Source: an uncultured bacterium (GTDB taxonomy: Bacteria; Chloroflexota; UBA5177; JANWHV01). From it: a DNA stretch of 64,000 bases. Of the stretch, positions 22,685-32,435 are shown piece after piece. Under the pieces are notes generated by a model. That model had not been told where the DNA came from. It did no database searches and worked only from the letters and a program-made list of their open reading frames with translations. The stretch spans positions 960,001 to 1,024,000 of the forward strand of contig CAVSOU010000010.1 of assembly GCA_963729625.1 (NCBI GenBank), given 5' to 3'. The position numbers were made by a program, and so were the translations under genes. Numbering within the stretch: position 1 is the stretch's first letter; the number at the start of each line of letters is the position of its first letter.

Positions 22685-23698
22685 CTATCGCTGCAGCTGG
22701 GCGCTGGCGAGAAGATCTCGGTACATCTGCTGCGTCTGCACATCTGGGGCGATGTTGAGTTCTCGCCGAAGAACGTCTGCAAGCTTCCGGTACGTACGGA
22801 CCGCCTCGCCAGTGCGGCCGTCCGCGACCTGGAGTCGCATGAGGCCGCGCGTCGCGGGCTCGTGGTACGGATCCTGGTCGAGAACGGCATGCAGGCAGCG
22901 GGCGGCGGCGCTGAAGGCGCCATCATGCTCGCAGAGGGCGGCCGTGTGTAGCAAAATGGCAAGATAGCGCTGGCGCAACTCTTCCCTGCGGGTGACGGCC
23001 CATTCGTCGTACAGGTCTTCCGAGAGGTAGTCGCCCTTGTAAAGCGCCAGAGCAGCACGGCAGAGCGCGATGCTCTTGTGGGCAAGCGCGTTTGTCACTG
23101 CGCGATCGAAGACGGCGGCATCCAGCCAGTCCTGCGGCGCCGGCACGTCCGGTACGGCAGTCAGGACCAACATGTCTCCCTCCGCATGGATATAGCGGAC
23201 GCCTCCCGGGGTCTCGCCGAGAATCCGGCGAAGGCGGTGCACCGTGATGCGAAGGTTGTTCGCGCCGAGTTGAGGATCTGCATTTGGCCAGAGCATCTCC
23301 ATTGCATGTTCGCGGTGTACGCGCTGGCCCGGCGCACTGATGAGACATTTGAGGAGCCCGAAAACCTTGCGCTGTCTCAGGCTCTTCGCAGGCACCCGTA
23401 TATCGCCGCGCCATATTTCGAATGAGCCGAGGGTACGCACCCGGATGCAGGGGTTCGTCGGATCCGGCGACCGTGGCGTGACCGTCGGCAATGATAGGCC
23501 GGGCCCCGCGACAGCTGGCGGCAATTGCTTGCCCAGGTAGTGAGATCGCAGACGCCGGCCTTCGCGCCAATAGGCATACCAGTAGGGCCCATGGCCGGGT
23601 GCGCCGAGGCTGCAGCAGGAGCAGTCGGACTTATTGCAGCGCCGAAACTGCCGGCTGTACGTGACATGTGCCTGGGACTGAAGGTCACCGAACACCAT
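22685..23698 (-). CDS. SARP/BTAD transcriptional regulator with N-terminal DUF6788-like Cys/His module
   Basis: RRCNKSDCSCC...HGPYWYAYW...YLGK module; RTLGSF, MLWP winged helix; ALALYKGDYL..D.Y.EW, DPYHE...LM BTAD; start estimated. Confidence 0.88.
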   Translation of the reverse strand: MVFGDLQSQAHVTYSRQFRRCNKSDCSCCSLGAPGHGPYWYAYWREGRRLRSHYLGKQLPPAVAGPGLSLPTVTPRSPDPTNPCIRVRTLGSFEIWRGDIRVPAKSLRQRKVFGLLKCLISAPGQRVHREHAMEMLWPNADPQLGANNLRITVHRLRRILGETPGGVRYIHAEGDMLVLTAVPDVPAPQDWLDAAVFDRAVTNALAHKSIALCRAALALYKGDYLSEDLYDEWAVTRREELRQRYLAILLHTAALCEHDGAFSAAARCLHAVLDQDPYHEPATRGLMRLQVADGRTGEAVRTYRKLADVLRRELNIAPDVQTQQMYRDLLASAQLQR

Positions 23699-23860
23699 CC
23701 GCCAACCTCGAAGCAGCTCGCCCGTTCTTGGCAACAGCTTAAGAACAATTATGGACTCTCGCATGAGGTTGCACAAGGGGCCTCCAGATGTACACAAGGG
23801 CCACCTGAGAAACTGTGCAGCTCCGCTGAAACGAAGATGTTACGTCGAGGCGCTAGGCTC

Positions 23861-26800
23861 ATGTGTATGGAAGCTCAGCGGTTCGACGTCTTTCTCTCGC
23901 ACAATAGCCGGGACAAGGCCGCGGTCGAGCGCTTGGCCGTGAAGCTGAAGACCGCGGGCTTGGAGCCCTGGCTCGACAAATGGTGTTTGACGCCTGGTGG
24001 TCGTTGGCAGGAGGAGCTCGTCGCTGGGTTGCGCGCATGTTCGGCCTGCGCGGTTTTCGTCGGCCCGCACGGGCTTGGCGATTGGGTGCATGAGGAGCTC
24101 GGGGTCGCTCTTGACCGTGCGGCAAAGGATCGCAGCTTTCGTCTATTCCTGGCCCTGCTACCCGGGCTGCCCGAACCGTTCGACGCGACGACGCTCCCTC
24201 CGTTTCTCAGCACCCGCACGTGGGTGGACATGCGCCCGGGAATCGAAGACACGCGATCCTTCCAACACCTGATCAGCGCGATCAAGGGAGTGCCTTTCGG
24301 CCAGCAGATGCCCTCGGAACCGAACACCGATGTCTGTCCGTACCGGGGACTGCAGACCTTTGACGAAGAGCATGCTGAGCTATTCTTCGGGCGAGAAAAC
24401 GACGTGCAGAGGCTCGTAGAAAAGCTGAAGGCGACGCACTTCCTGGCCGTGCTTGGTCCTTCAGGTAGCGGCAAGTCCTCACTGGTGCGGGCAGGGCTTG
24501 TGCCCGCACTTCGACATGGGGCGCTTTCCAACAGTAACTCCTGGACGATCACCGTGTTCGCCCCTGGCGCCCATCCCTTGACCACTCTGGTCGCGCAAGT
24601 GCTGCGCCTTGGCGGTCACGGCAGCATGAACCAGACGCTTGACGAGATGGGAACCGACGCGCGCACCTTACATCTCGCGGTGACCTTAGCGATGGCCGAC
24701 CGCGTGCCCGCGGACCGCGTGGTGTGGGTGGTCGACCAATTCGAGGAAATCTTCACGCTGTGTCGCGACGAGCACGAGCGGAGCCAGTTTCTCGCGAATC
24801 TTCTGTACGCTGCGTCGGTGCATGAGGGCCGATGTATCGTGTTGCTAACCCTGCGCGCCGACTTCTACCAGAGGTGCGCAGTATATCCTGACCTCTCCGC
24901 ACGCATAGCGGCTCAACAATTCCTGGTCAGCCCCCTCGAGCCGGACGGACTGCGACGGGCGATTGAGGAGCCGGCATGGCATGTCGGCCTGGAGTTCGAA
25001 CATGGTCTCGTGGACACAATTCTCGAAGACGTCATTCGCCAACCAGGGGCTCTCCCATTGCTTGAACACGCGCTTCTGGAATTGTGGGAGCGCCGCCGCG
25101 GCCAGATGCTGACGCTCGAGGCGTATCGCCAGAGTGGGGGAGTGCAGGGCGCGATAGCGAAGCGTGCGGACACGATCTACAGTCGTTTTAGCCAGGAAGA
25201 ACAGGCGATTGCGCGCCGGACGTTGCTTCGCCTGACTCAACCGGGCGAAGGAACGGAGGATACTCGGCGCAGGGCATCGATAGGCGAGCTGGTCACTCGA
25301 CAGGGCGCCAATCCAGAGGTAGAAGCTGTTATTCGGGCGTTGGTCGACGCCAGACTGCTGACCACGAGCGAAGACGAGCCGAGCCACGAACACATGGTGG
25401 AAGTCTCGCACGAGGCTCTCATTCGCGGGTGGCCTCAGTTGCGAAGCTGGATCGACGAAGATCGCTCTGGGCTTCGGGTGCAGCGCCGTTTGACAGAAGC
25501 AGCGCTGGAATGGCAGCGCACGGATCGAGACGAAGGCGGGCTGTATCGAGGCGCTCGCCTGGCAACCGCGCTGGAGTGGAGCGCGCAGCACGAGGGCACG
25601 CTCAACGACCTCGAACGTGAGTTTCTTGACGCCAGTGCCGCCTTCAAACTCCGCGAGGAAGAACAGGAGTTGGCGCGCCAGCGCCGGGAGCTTGAAGCGG
25701 CCCGCCGGTTGGCCGATTCAGAGCGACGCCGTGCCAGGGTGGCTCGCTTGTTCTCACTTGGTCTGGTGCTTGTCTTGGCTGCAGCACTTGTCACTGCGGT
25801 GATCGCGGTTCAGCAGCGCACTCAAGCGCAAGACAGCGAGCGCAGAGCTCAAGACAGCGCGCGAAAGGCACAGGTCGCGGAGCAAAAGGCCCAGGTAGAG
25901 AAGCGGCTGGCCGACCAACAGCGCAGCGTGGCCTTTTCGCGCGAGCTCGCGGCAAATGCCCTGGCGAAACTGCAAACAGATCCGGAACTCAGTGTACTGC
26001 TGGCCAGTGCAGCTGAGCGCGCTGCGCATACGACTGAGGCGACTGAGGCGCTTCGCGATGCCCTGGGCCAATCCGCTGTGCGAACAGTGTTCCACGGGCA
26101 TTCCGGACCGGTCTTCACCGCACTGTACAGCCCGGATGGACGTCTCGTTGCAACGGCGGGCAACGATTCGACCGCGCGCGTTTGGGACGTGCAAACCGGG
26201 CGGCTGCTCTCGGTGCTCCGCGGGCATACCGGCGCCGTATACAGTGCGGTGTTCAGCCATAACGGCAACTTCGTGGTCACCGCAAGCAAGGACGACACGG
26301 CCAGAATATGGGAAGCACGAACGGGACGCCTCATCACCGTGTTGCGAGGCGATTCTCGCCCGGTTGTCTCCGCGTCGTTCAGCAAGGACGATCGCTTTGT
26401 CGTCACGGCGAGCTACGACAACACAGCGCGGGTGTGGGACGCACGGACTGGTTCGGTGGCAGCAATACTGAGAGGACACACCGCGCCGGTCTGGTACGCC
26501 GCATTCAGCCCCAACGGGCGCTACGTTGCCACAGCAAGTGCCGATGACACCGGCCGAATCTGGGATGCAGCGACCGGTCGCGCCGTAAGCATCTTGCGGG
26601 GGCATTCGAGCATCGTCGATGACGTGGCATTTAGCCCCGACGGCAACTACCTGGTTACCGGCAGTCTGGACAAGTCGGCCCGGGTGTGGAGTGTGCCAGA
26701 CGGCAAACTCGTAACCGTGATTCGGGGGCATCAGCAGGGCTGGGTGACGACGGCCACGTTCAGTCCCAACGGAAAGTACGTACTCACTGCCAGCGCGGAC

Positions 26801-28111
26801 GGATCGGCCGAGGTGGCAGACGCGCGAACAGGCGTGCTGTACAGTTGGATGCTCGGTCAGTCGGGCATACTATACAGTGCTTTCTTCAGTCACGACGGCC
26901 GGTACGTGGTCACCGCCGGCGCCGACGGAACCGCGCGGGTGTGGGCGGTTGGGGATCCGCCAATTGCGTCGCAAGCAGGGCCGATCCTGCGGGGCCATGC
27001 CAGCGATGTGTTCTTGGCGACCTTCAGTCCTGACGACCAGTATGTCTTAACGTCTAGCAAAGACGGCACGACGCGCATCTGGGATGTCGGCGCGGGCCAT
27101 CTGGCGGCGAAGGCGCCGGCCGGAGCTTCGTTCTGGGGCGTTGGTATCAGCCCGGACGGCACCCAGCTCGCTGCAGCCGCCGATGACGGCATCGTTCGTG
27201 TTTTCGACATTCGCACCGGACGGAGCATTGCAGAGCTTCGCGGCCAGGGCGGGACAGTTTGGTCCGCAGTGTATAGCCCGGACGGAACACAGCTCGTGAC
27301 GGCGAACAGCAATGGCACGACGAGGAACGGCACGGCGTGGGTGTGGCAAACCCGGACGTGGAAGCGACTTGCGATACTGCAGGGCCACGTTGGAAGCGTT
27401 AACCGGGCGGAATACAGTCCGGATGGGAGATACATTGTTACGGCGGGATCCGATGGCACGGCACGTGTGTGGGACACACGCACCTGGAAGACTGTCGTCG
27501 TGTTGCCAGCAAACAAGGGCAACGAAGGAAATGGTGCGTTTGCGCTCTATGATGCGTCGTTCAGCCACGATGGCCGCTACGTTGTACTGGCCAGCAACAG
27601 CGTCACGATTCACGTGCTGCTCGTATGGGATACCCACACGTGGCGCCTGGTGAAGAAGATTCCAGGCCCGTCCGACATCGTGTGGACGGCCGAGTTTAGC
27701 CCAGATGGCAAGTATATCGTGACGGCCGACAGCGACGGTTCAGCGCGCGTCTGGGACACGCAGACCTGGGACGTCTCGGCGGTACTCCAGAGCGGAACGT
27801 ATGGGCTGTGGACTGCGACCTTCAGTCCCGACAGCCAGTGGATAGTCACTGCCGGCCAGGATTCGACTTCGCATATATGGCAGGTGGGCACATGGGCGTC
27901 GGTCGACGTGCTCTACGGGGACAGCAACCAAGTGCATCGAGCAGCTTTCAGTCCTGATGGCAAAACTATTGCAACTGCGAGCGAGGACGGCACCGCGCGA
28001 ATCCACCAGTGTGACGTGTGCGGATCGGTCAGCCGGTTGCTTGCACTCGCCAACACGCGAGTTACACGTAGTCTCACGCCGAGCGAACGGAGGATATACC
28101 TGCACGAGTAG
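23861..28111 (+). CDS. TIR - nSTAND1 NTPase - TM - WD40 repeat protein (NLR-like receptor)
   Basis: FDVFLSHNSRDK...WVHEEL TIR; CPYRGLQTF..FFGRE, Walker A GPSGSGKSS, VDQFEE, TLRADF, LPLLEHAL, HEALIRGW; one TM helix; 15 WD40 repeats; start 23861 or 23867. Confidence 0.93.
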   Translation: MCMEAQRFDVFLSHNSRDKAAVERLAVKLKTAGLEPWLDKWCLTPGGRWQEELVAGLRACSACAVFVGPHGLGDWVHEELGVALDRAAKDRSFRLFLALLPGLPEPFDATTLPPFLSTRTWVDMRPGIEDTRSFQHLISAIKGVPFGQQMPSEPNTDVCPYRGLQTFDEEHAELFFGRENDVQRLVEKLKATHFLAVLGPSGSGKSSLVRAGLVPALRHGALSNSNSWTITVFAPGAHPLTTLVAQVLRLGGHGSMNQTLDEMGTDARTLHLAVTLAMADRVPADRVVWVVDQFEEIFTLCRDEHERSQFLANLLYAASVHEGRCIVLLTLRADFYQRCAVYPDLSARIAAQQFLVSPLEPDGLRRAIEEPAWHVGLEFEHGLVDTILEDVIRQPGALPLLEHALLELWERRRGQMLTLEAYRQSGGVQGAIAKRADTIYSRFSQEEQAIARRTLLRLTQPGEGTEDTRRRASIGELVTRQGANPEVEAVIRALVDARLLTTSEDEPSHEHMVEVSHEALIRGWPQLRSWIDEDRSGLRVQRRLTEAALEWQRTDRDEGGLYRGARLATALEWSAQHEGTLNDLEREFLDASAAFKLREEEQELARQRRELEAARRLADSERRRARVARLFSLGLVLVLAAALVTAVIAVQQRTQAQDSERRAQDSARKAQVAEQKAQVEKRLADQQRSVAFSRELAANALAKLQTDPELSVLLASAAERAAHTTEATEALRDALGQSAVRTVFHGHSGPVFTALYSPDGRLVATAGNDSTARVWDVQTGRLLSVLRGHTGAVYSAVFSHNGNFVVTASKDDTARIWEARTGRLITVLRGDSRPVVSASFSKDDRFVVTASYDNTARVWDARTGSVAAILRGHTAPVWYAAFSPNGRYVATASADDTGRIWDAATGRAVSILRGHSSIVDDVAFSPDGNYLVTGSLDKSARVWSVPDGKLVTVIRGHQQGWVTTATFSPNGKYVLTASADGSAEVADARTGVLYSWMLGQSGILYSAFFSHDGRYVVTAGADGTARVWAVGDPPIASQAGPILRGHASDVFLATFSPDDQYVLTSSKDGTTRIWDVGAGHLAAKAPAGASFWGVGISPDGTQLAAAADDGIVRVFDIRTGRSIAELRGQGGTVWSAVYSPDGTQLVTANSNGTTRNGTAWVWQTRTWKRLAILQGHVGSVNRAEYSPDGRYIVTAGSDGTARVWDTRTWKTVVVLPANKGNEGNGAFALYDASFSHDGRYVVLASNSVTIHVLLVWDTHTWRLVKKIPGPSDIVWTAEFSPDGKYIVTADSDGSARVWDTQTWDVSAVLQSGTYGLWTATFSPDSQWIVTAGQDSTSHIWQVGTWASVDVLYGDSNQVHRAAFSPDGKTIATASEDGTARIHQCDVCGSVSRLLALANTRVTRSLTPSERRIYLHE

Positions 28112-28167
28112 CGGAACACGGCGGTCCTGTAGTCATAGCGACTAGCTTGTCGGGGGCACACGAGGGC

Positions 28168-28413
28168 ATGGCCCAGTACGATTCGTTCATTCTACGTGTC
28201 TGGCGAAGCACGGGCGACGACGGCTCCCAGTGGGCCGGGAGACTGGAGCATCTGCAGCAGGGTCAGAGCTGGAGCTTCGGCAGTCTTGAAGAGCTGCTCG
28301 AGCATCTGCGGAACGTCGCCGATGGTGGTGGTTCGACTGTTGTATCAGTGCTCGACCGGTCGGGCCCAGGCATCGCGACCGACGCGGCAGGAACGGGTAT
28401 GTCGAACGCGTGA
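28168..28413 (+). CDS. Small conserved hypothetical protein (SFILRVW...GRLEH...F.SLEEL type)
   Basis: ATG behind GAGGG; motif pattern resembles small proteins often found near BTAD regulators. Confidence 0.75.
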   Translation: MAQYDSFILRVWRSTGDDGSQWAGRLEHLQQGQSWSFGSLEELLEHLRNVADGGGSTVVSVLDRSGPGIATDAAGTGMSNA

Positions 28414-28496
28414 CAATGACCAGGGGTCATGGGCAGTGAGGAATCGACTGACGGACGACAGAGTTTGGAGGGTGGTCCGTCGAAGGGGGAGAGTAG

Positions 28497-29630
28497 ATGA
28501 AGTGTGTTCATTGTACGCATGACGTGCCCGATGGGGTCTTCTGCACGCGATGCGGTGCGCAGCAAGCGACTACGCAGCAGGCCGGGAATACCAGGATGCG
28601 AGTTTCGCATTACGCGGCACATCCGGGCGAGCACGTGTTTCACCCCGGGATTTTCACGACGCTGTTTCCACACCTGGGCCAACATAAGTTGCACGAGTTC
28701 CGCTGGGCTTTTCTTGCCGGACTCGCGGGTATCTTTGTGCTCGACGTGGCCGGGCTGATCTCGGCCGCTATTCTGTGCGCCGCGCTGCTCATTCCGATTC
28801 TCTACCTCATGTACCTCTATGAGGCGCAGGTCTATCGCGACGCGCCGGCCACCGCGTTGGGCTTCACAATTGGAGGCGGCATCCTGCTTGGCATTGTCGT
28901 CACGGCGATAGTGGACCATTTCTCGAACTCTCTGGAGCTTGGCGGTCCGTTGGGCAGCCAGACAAGCACGCTCGTCGGCTTGTGCGTCATCGTGCCGATA
29001 GTTCAGGAGGTGCTCAAGCCAATCCCAGCCCTGATCTTGCGCGAGTCGTCTGACTTTGCGGAGACGGTCGACGGATTAGTGTTCGGCGTTGCCGCCGGTC
29101 TGGGGTACAGTGTCGCGGAGTCGATCATTCGGTTTTCATCCGTGTTGGGAAATCTCCCCAATCGCGTCGACCCTGGAAACTGGATCTATCCGCTCATCAC
29201 CTTGGCTGTGACGCTGCCATTGCTTCAGGGGAGCGCGACCGGCGCGATAACGGCCGCCGTGTGGCGCCTGCGCAAAGGCAGAATCGGTGTTCGCGAAGCA
29301 GGTGCCATCGTGATGGCCATCCTCGCCCATATCGGATTCATTCTGGTGAGCCAGCTGATGAGCGACCGCGGCTTGTCGCAGCTCGTGATTCTGGCCTGGC
29401 AGGCCGCTGTCGTTGGCGCGCTTCTGATTTACATTCGGTATTTGCTGCACTATGCGCTGCTCGAGGAGGCAGTGCACATGGGCTTTGACGAGACCATGTG
29501 TCCGAACTGTCATCGGCATATTGTGGCCTCGGGATTCTGCCCCAACTGCGGCAGGTCCCTCGCAGCCACGTCGGCATCGATCAGCATGGCCCGCAAGCCG
29601 GCCACGACTTCGGCGCCGGCGGGGGGCTGA
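28497..29630 (+). CDS. PrsW-family intramembrane protease-like protein with N- and C-terminal zinc ribbons (degenerate active site)
   Basis: CVHC..FCTRCG and CPNC..FCPNCG; DGLVFGVAAGLGY..AE PrsW motif; QEVLK at the EExxK position; many TM helices. Confidence 0.85.
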   Translation: MKCVHCTHDVPDGVFCTRCGAQQATTQQAGNTRMRVSHYAAHPGEHVFHPGIFTTLFPHLGQHKLHEFRWAFLAGLAGIFVLDVAGLISAAILCAALLIPILYLMYLYEAQVYRDAPATALGFTIGGGILLGIVVTAIVDHFSNSLELGGPLGSQTSTLVGLCVIVPIVQEVLKPIPALILRESSDFAETVDGLVFGVAAGLGYSVAESIIRFSSVLGNLPNRVDPGNWIYPLITLAVTLPLLQGSATGAITAAVWRLRKGRIGVREAGAIVMAILAHIGFILVSQLMSDRGLSQLVILAWQAAVVGALLIYIRYLLHYALLEEAVHMGFDETMCPNCHRHIVASGFCPNCGRSLAATSASISMARKPATTSAPAGG

Positions 29631-29633
29631 TCG

Positions 29634-30684
29634 ATGGCTCGCCAGTGCGCGTCCTGTGGAGCACAGAACCCCGACATCGCGTCATTTTGCCAGAACTGCG
29701 GCCGCCCCATCTCGGCGGCGCCGGCGGCTGGCCAAGGGGCCCCGGTGGCGGCGCCCCAAGGCGCTCAACCGCCCGGACAATCTTCCCCCGGCACGCCCTG
29801 GCAGGGCGGCCAGCAGTATCCGGCGAGCGCGCCACCGCAGCAAACCACAAGGGATGCCGGTTCCGCCGTACCAGCAAGGGCACTCTCAAGGTGGGCAATA
29901 CGGCGGTTACTATCCTCCAGGAATGGGCAGCTCTCCATCGATGCACCGATTGCCTTTCACGTCGATAGTCGCGGTCGTGATCGGAGTTCTCGGGATATTG
30001 ACCGCCGCCGCGGTGCTGTTTCTGCACTCGTCGAATCATCCCATGCCGCTGCCGCCACTTCCGACCCTCACCGTCGTGCCGACTGTCGCTCCTGCGGTGA
30101 CCGGCACGCAACAACCCACCGCGACGCAGGTGCCGAATCCCACTTCGTTACTGAACCCCACGCAGCCGCCCAGCCCGAACCCCACGCAACCGCCGAATCC
30201 AAGCCCCACACAGCCTGCAGGCGGGCAGGTGCTGACCACACAGGGCTTCTCGATTGACGTGTTGTCTGGATGGAGCGTGTCCCAGCAGCAGAGCAATTCA
30301 GCGCTGTTAGCCCACGCTTCCGGATCGGGCACGAATGGACTGCTCTATGTGGGAGCAGGACAGAGCAGTTCGCCGACAACGGCACAAACCATCCTGCAAA
30401 ACACTTTGACTACGTTGCAGCAGCAATATCCCGATGCGAAGCAGTGCGGCGACCTGGCGCAGTTCGCCGTGGCGAACATTCCCGGCACGGCGATGCCCGT
30501 ATGCTTCACACTCACCCCCCAGGGAGGCGCCTCGTTCCAGGCGCTCAGCGTCAACTGGGCGGCAACGAACTCCGCTGGCACTACCATCTACACGCTGCAG
30601 GAGATGGGCGCCGAGAATCCGCCCGACTTCTTCAACAACGACGTACCGCCGATAGTCAAAACTGTAAATTGGACGGTGAGCTGA
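29634..30684 (+). pseudogene. Zinc-ribbon/Pro-Gln-rich/TM/extracellular-domain protein, frameshifted (+1 base near 29842-29844; may be a sequencing error)
   Basis: N-half (CASC..FCQNCG) and C-half (GMPVPPY...HRLPF-TM...TPQGG) lie in different frames; deleting one A from CAAACCA gives PQQPQGMP; intact paralog at 34816. Confidence 0.8.
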
Positions 30685-32435
30685 TGCCGCGTTTCAGATC
30701 GATGCTTCTCGTCCCGGCAGCTGTCGTGCCGGCGCTTCTCGCAATCGTCGTCGGCGAGGCTGTGCCGGCGCAGAACATGGCGTCCCCGCGGGTGGCGAAC
30801 GCCCATGCCGGCGATCCGTACGCGCTCATGGTGGACCAATCGACCGACCTCGGCGCCGTGGCGCCGGGCCTTCGTGTTTCGCTGGTGCTAGGACTAAAAG
30901 ATCCACATGCAAAGTCCAGGGCGGCGGACTATGCGGCGATCAATACGCCGCACTCGGGCCAGTTCGGACAGTCGCTCACCTCCGCGCAGGTCGCGGCCCG
31001 CTACGGGCCATCGCCGGCCACGATGGCGCGCGTGACGACCGTACTGAAGCGCTACGGCCTTAGCGCGCAATGGCAGCCTGGCAACACGTGGGCCGTCATA
31101 ACAGGGCCTGCCAGGGCTGTGGAGTCCGCGTTCGGTGTGAACGTGCACTGGTACAGATCATCTCAAGGCGTTCACTACTTTTCTGCCGATCGCGTTCCAG
31201 TTCTGCCCCCGGCGCTCTCGGACGTCGCTACCGGCCTGAGCCGAATCTCAAGCTACTTTCCACAGCCGCGCCAGTCGGTGCCATCCGGAGGGGTAACGCC
31301 TACGGACCTGGTGTCGGCCTACAACATGGCGCCGCTTCGCAACATGGGACTCGACGGCACCGGCTCGACCGTAGCATTCCTGGAATCCGACGGCGGCTGG
31401 AACCAGCAAGACTTCGATACGTTTACTCAGAAATTCAACCTGCCGCCCTTGCACCCGGTACTGGCATCGGGCCCGTCGGGCAAGCCGCCCGATGGCGAGA
31501 CAGAAATGGATCTGGAGGTCGTGCATGAGATCGCGCCTGGTGCTCGCCTGGTCGTGTACAACTTCCCGTTCCAGGAGGAAGCCCAGGCCGCTACATCCGA
31601 CAGCGCGACGCTCACCGACTGGCTAAAACTTCAAACGCAGATGCTCAACGACAACAAAGGCGGCGTGCTGAGCATGAGCATGGGCCTGTGTGAGAAGATC
31701 TGGGACCCAACGCTGGCCAAGGCGTACAAAGACGCGTATGACAACACCACGCCGTTCCGCGAGAGCGTATTCGTTTCCACGGGAGACAGTGCCGCGTACT
31801 CGTGCATCATCACTGCTCCGAAGCGCGGTACGCCGCCGGCGCCGGATTACCTGGGAGCAGAGTTGCCGTCGGCGGTTCCAGGTGTTACGGCCGTTGGCGG
31901 GACCCGCCTGAGCCTGACCACCGACCATGCCTGGTACGACGAGACGGTGTGGGAGTATCCGGTGTCGACCAATGGCACTGGTGGTGGCGTCAGCGCCTAC
32001 TACTCGATGCCAACCTGGCAAAAGGGAAACGGTGTGTTGAACGCACAGCTGAACCCCAAGAACATGCGCGAGGTACCCGACGTCTCCGCGGATGCGGACG
32101 TGGCCAGCGGCGCGGCCACCTATTATGGCGATAGCAGCGGCGGCCACTGGGACGAGGGAGGCGGTACGAGCCAGTCGGCGCCGATCTGGGCTGCCATGAC
32201 CGTGCTCATCAATCAGTATCTGCAGAAACAGGGTCTTCGTCCCGCAGGGTTTCTGAATCCCGCGTTGTACCAGATAGCGGCCAGTGATCCCAACGCCTTC
32301 CACGACGTTACCGTTGGCACGAACCTGTACTATCCGGCGACGCCGGGCTATGACATGGCTACCGGTCTGGGCACGCCAAACGCGTGGAACCTGGCCCAGG
32401 ACCTGGCAGCATACCAGCGGAGTGGCGGGCAGTGA
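30684..32435 (+). CDS. S53 family (sedolisin/kumamolisin) serine-carboxyl peptidase with propeptide, secreted
   Basis: Signal peptide, activation prodomain, ETEMD (Glu/Asp), STGD oxyanion Asp, GGTS catalytic Ser, FHDV...GYDMATGLGTP Ca site; TGATG coupling to upstream gene. Confidence 0.94.
   Translation: MPRFRSMLLVPAAVVPALLAIVVGEAVPAQNMASPRVANAHAGDPYALMVDQSTDLGAVAPGLRVSLVLGLKDPHAKSRAADYAAINTPHSGQFGQSLTSAQVAARYGPSPATMARVTTVLKRYGLSAQWQPGNTWAVITGPARAVESAFGVNVHWYRSSQGVHYFSADRVPVLPPALSDVATGLSRISSYFPQPRQSVPSGGVTPTDLVSAYNMAPLRNMGLDGTGSTVAFLESDGGWNQQDFDTFTQKFNLPPLHPVLASGPSGKPPDGETEMDLEVVHEIAPGARLVVYNFPFQEEAQAATSDSATLTDWLKLQTQMLNDNKGGVLSMSMGLCEKIWDPTLAKAYKDAYDNTTPFRESVFVSTGDSAAYSCIITAPKRGTPPAPDYLGAELPSAVPGVTAVGGTRLSLTTDHAWYDETVWEYPVSTNGTGGGVSAYYSMPTWQKGNGVLNAQLNPKNMREVPDVSADADVASGAATYYGDSSGGHWDEGGGTSQSAPIWAAMTVLINQYLQKQGLRPAGFLNPALYQIAASDPNAFHDVTVGTNLYYPATPGYDMATGLGTPNAWNLAQDLAAYQRSGGQ

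Noticed and set aside
23525-23860. N-terminal extension of the TIR-STAND ORF
   Set aside because: Overlaps the divergent BTAD gene; TIR domain begins right after ATG 23861/23867.
26089-28010. ~126-bp periodic repeats that might suggest a CRISPR-like array
   Set aside because: They are diverged coding WD40 repeats; no identical direct repeats with unique spacers, no cas genes.
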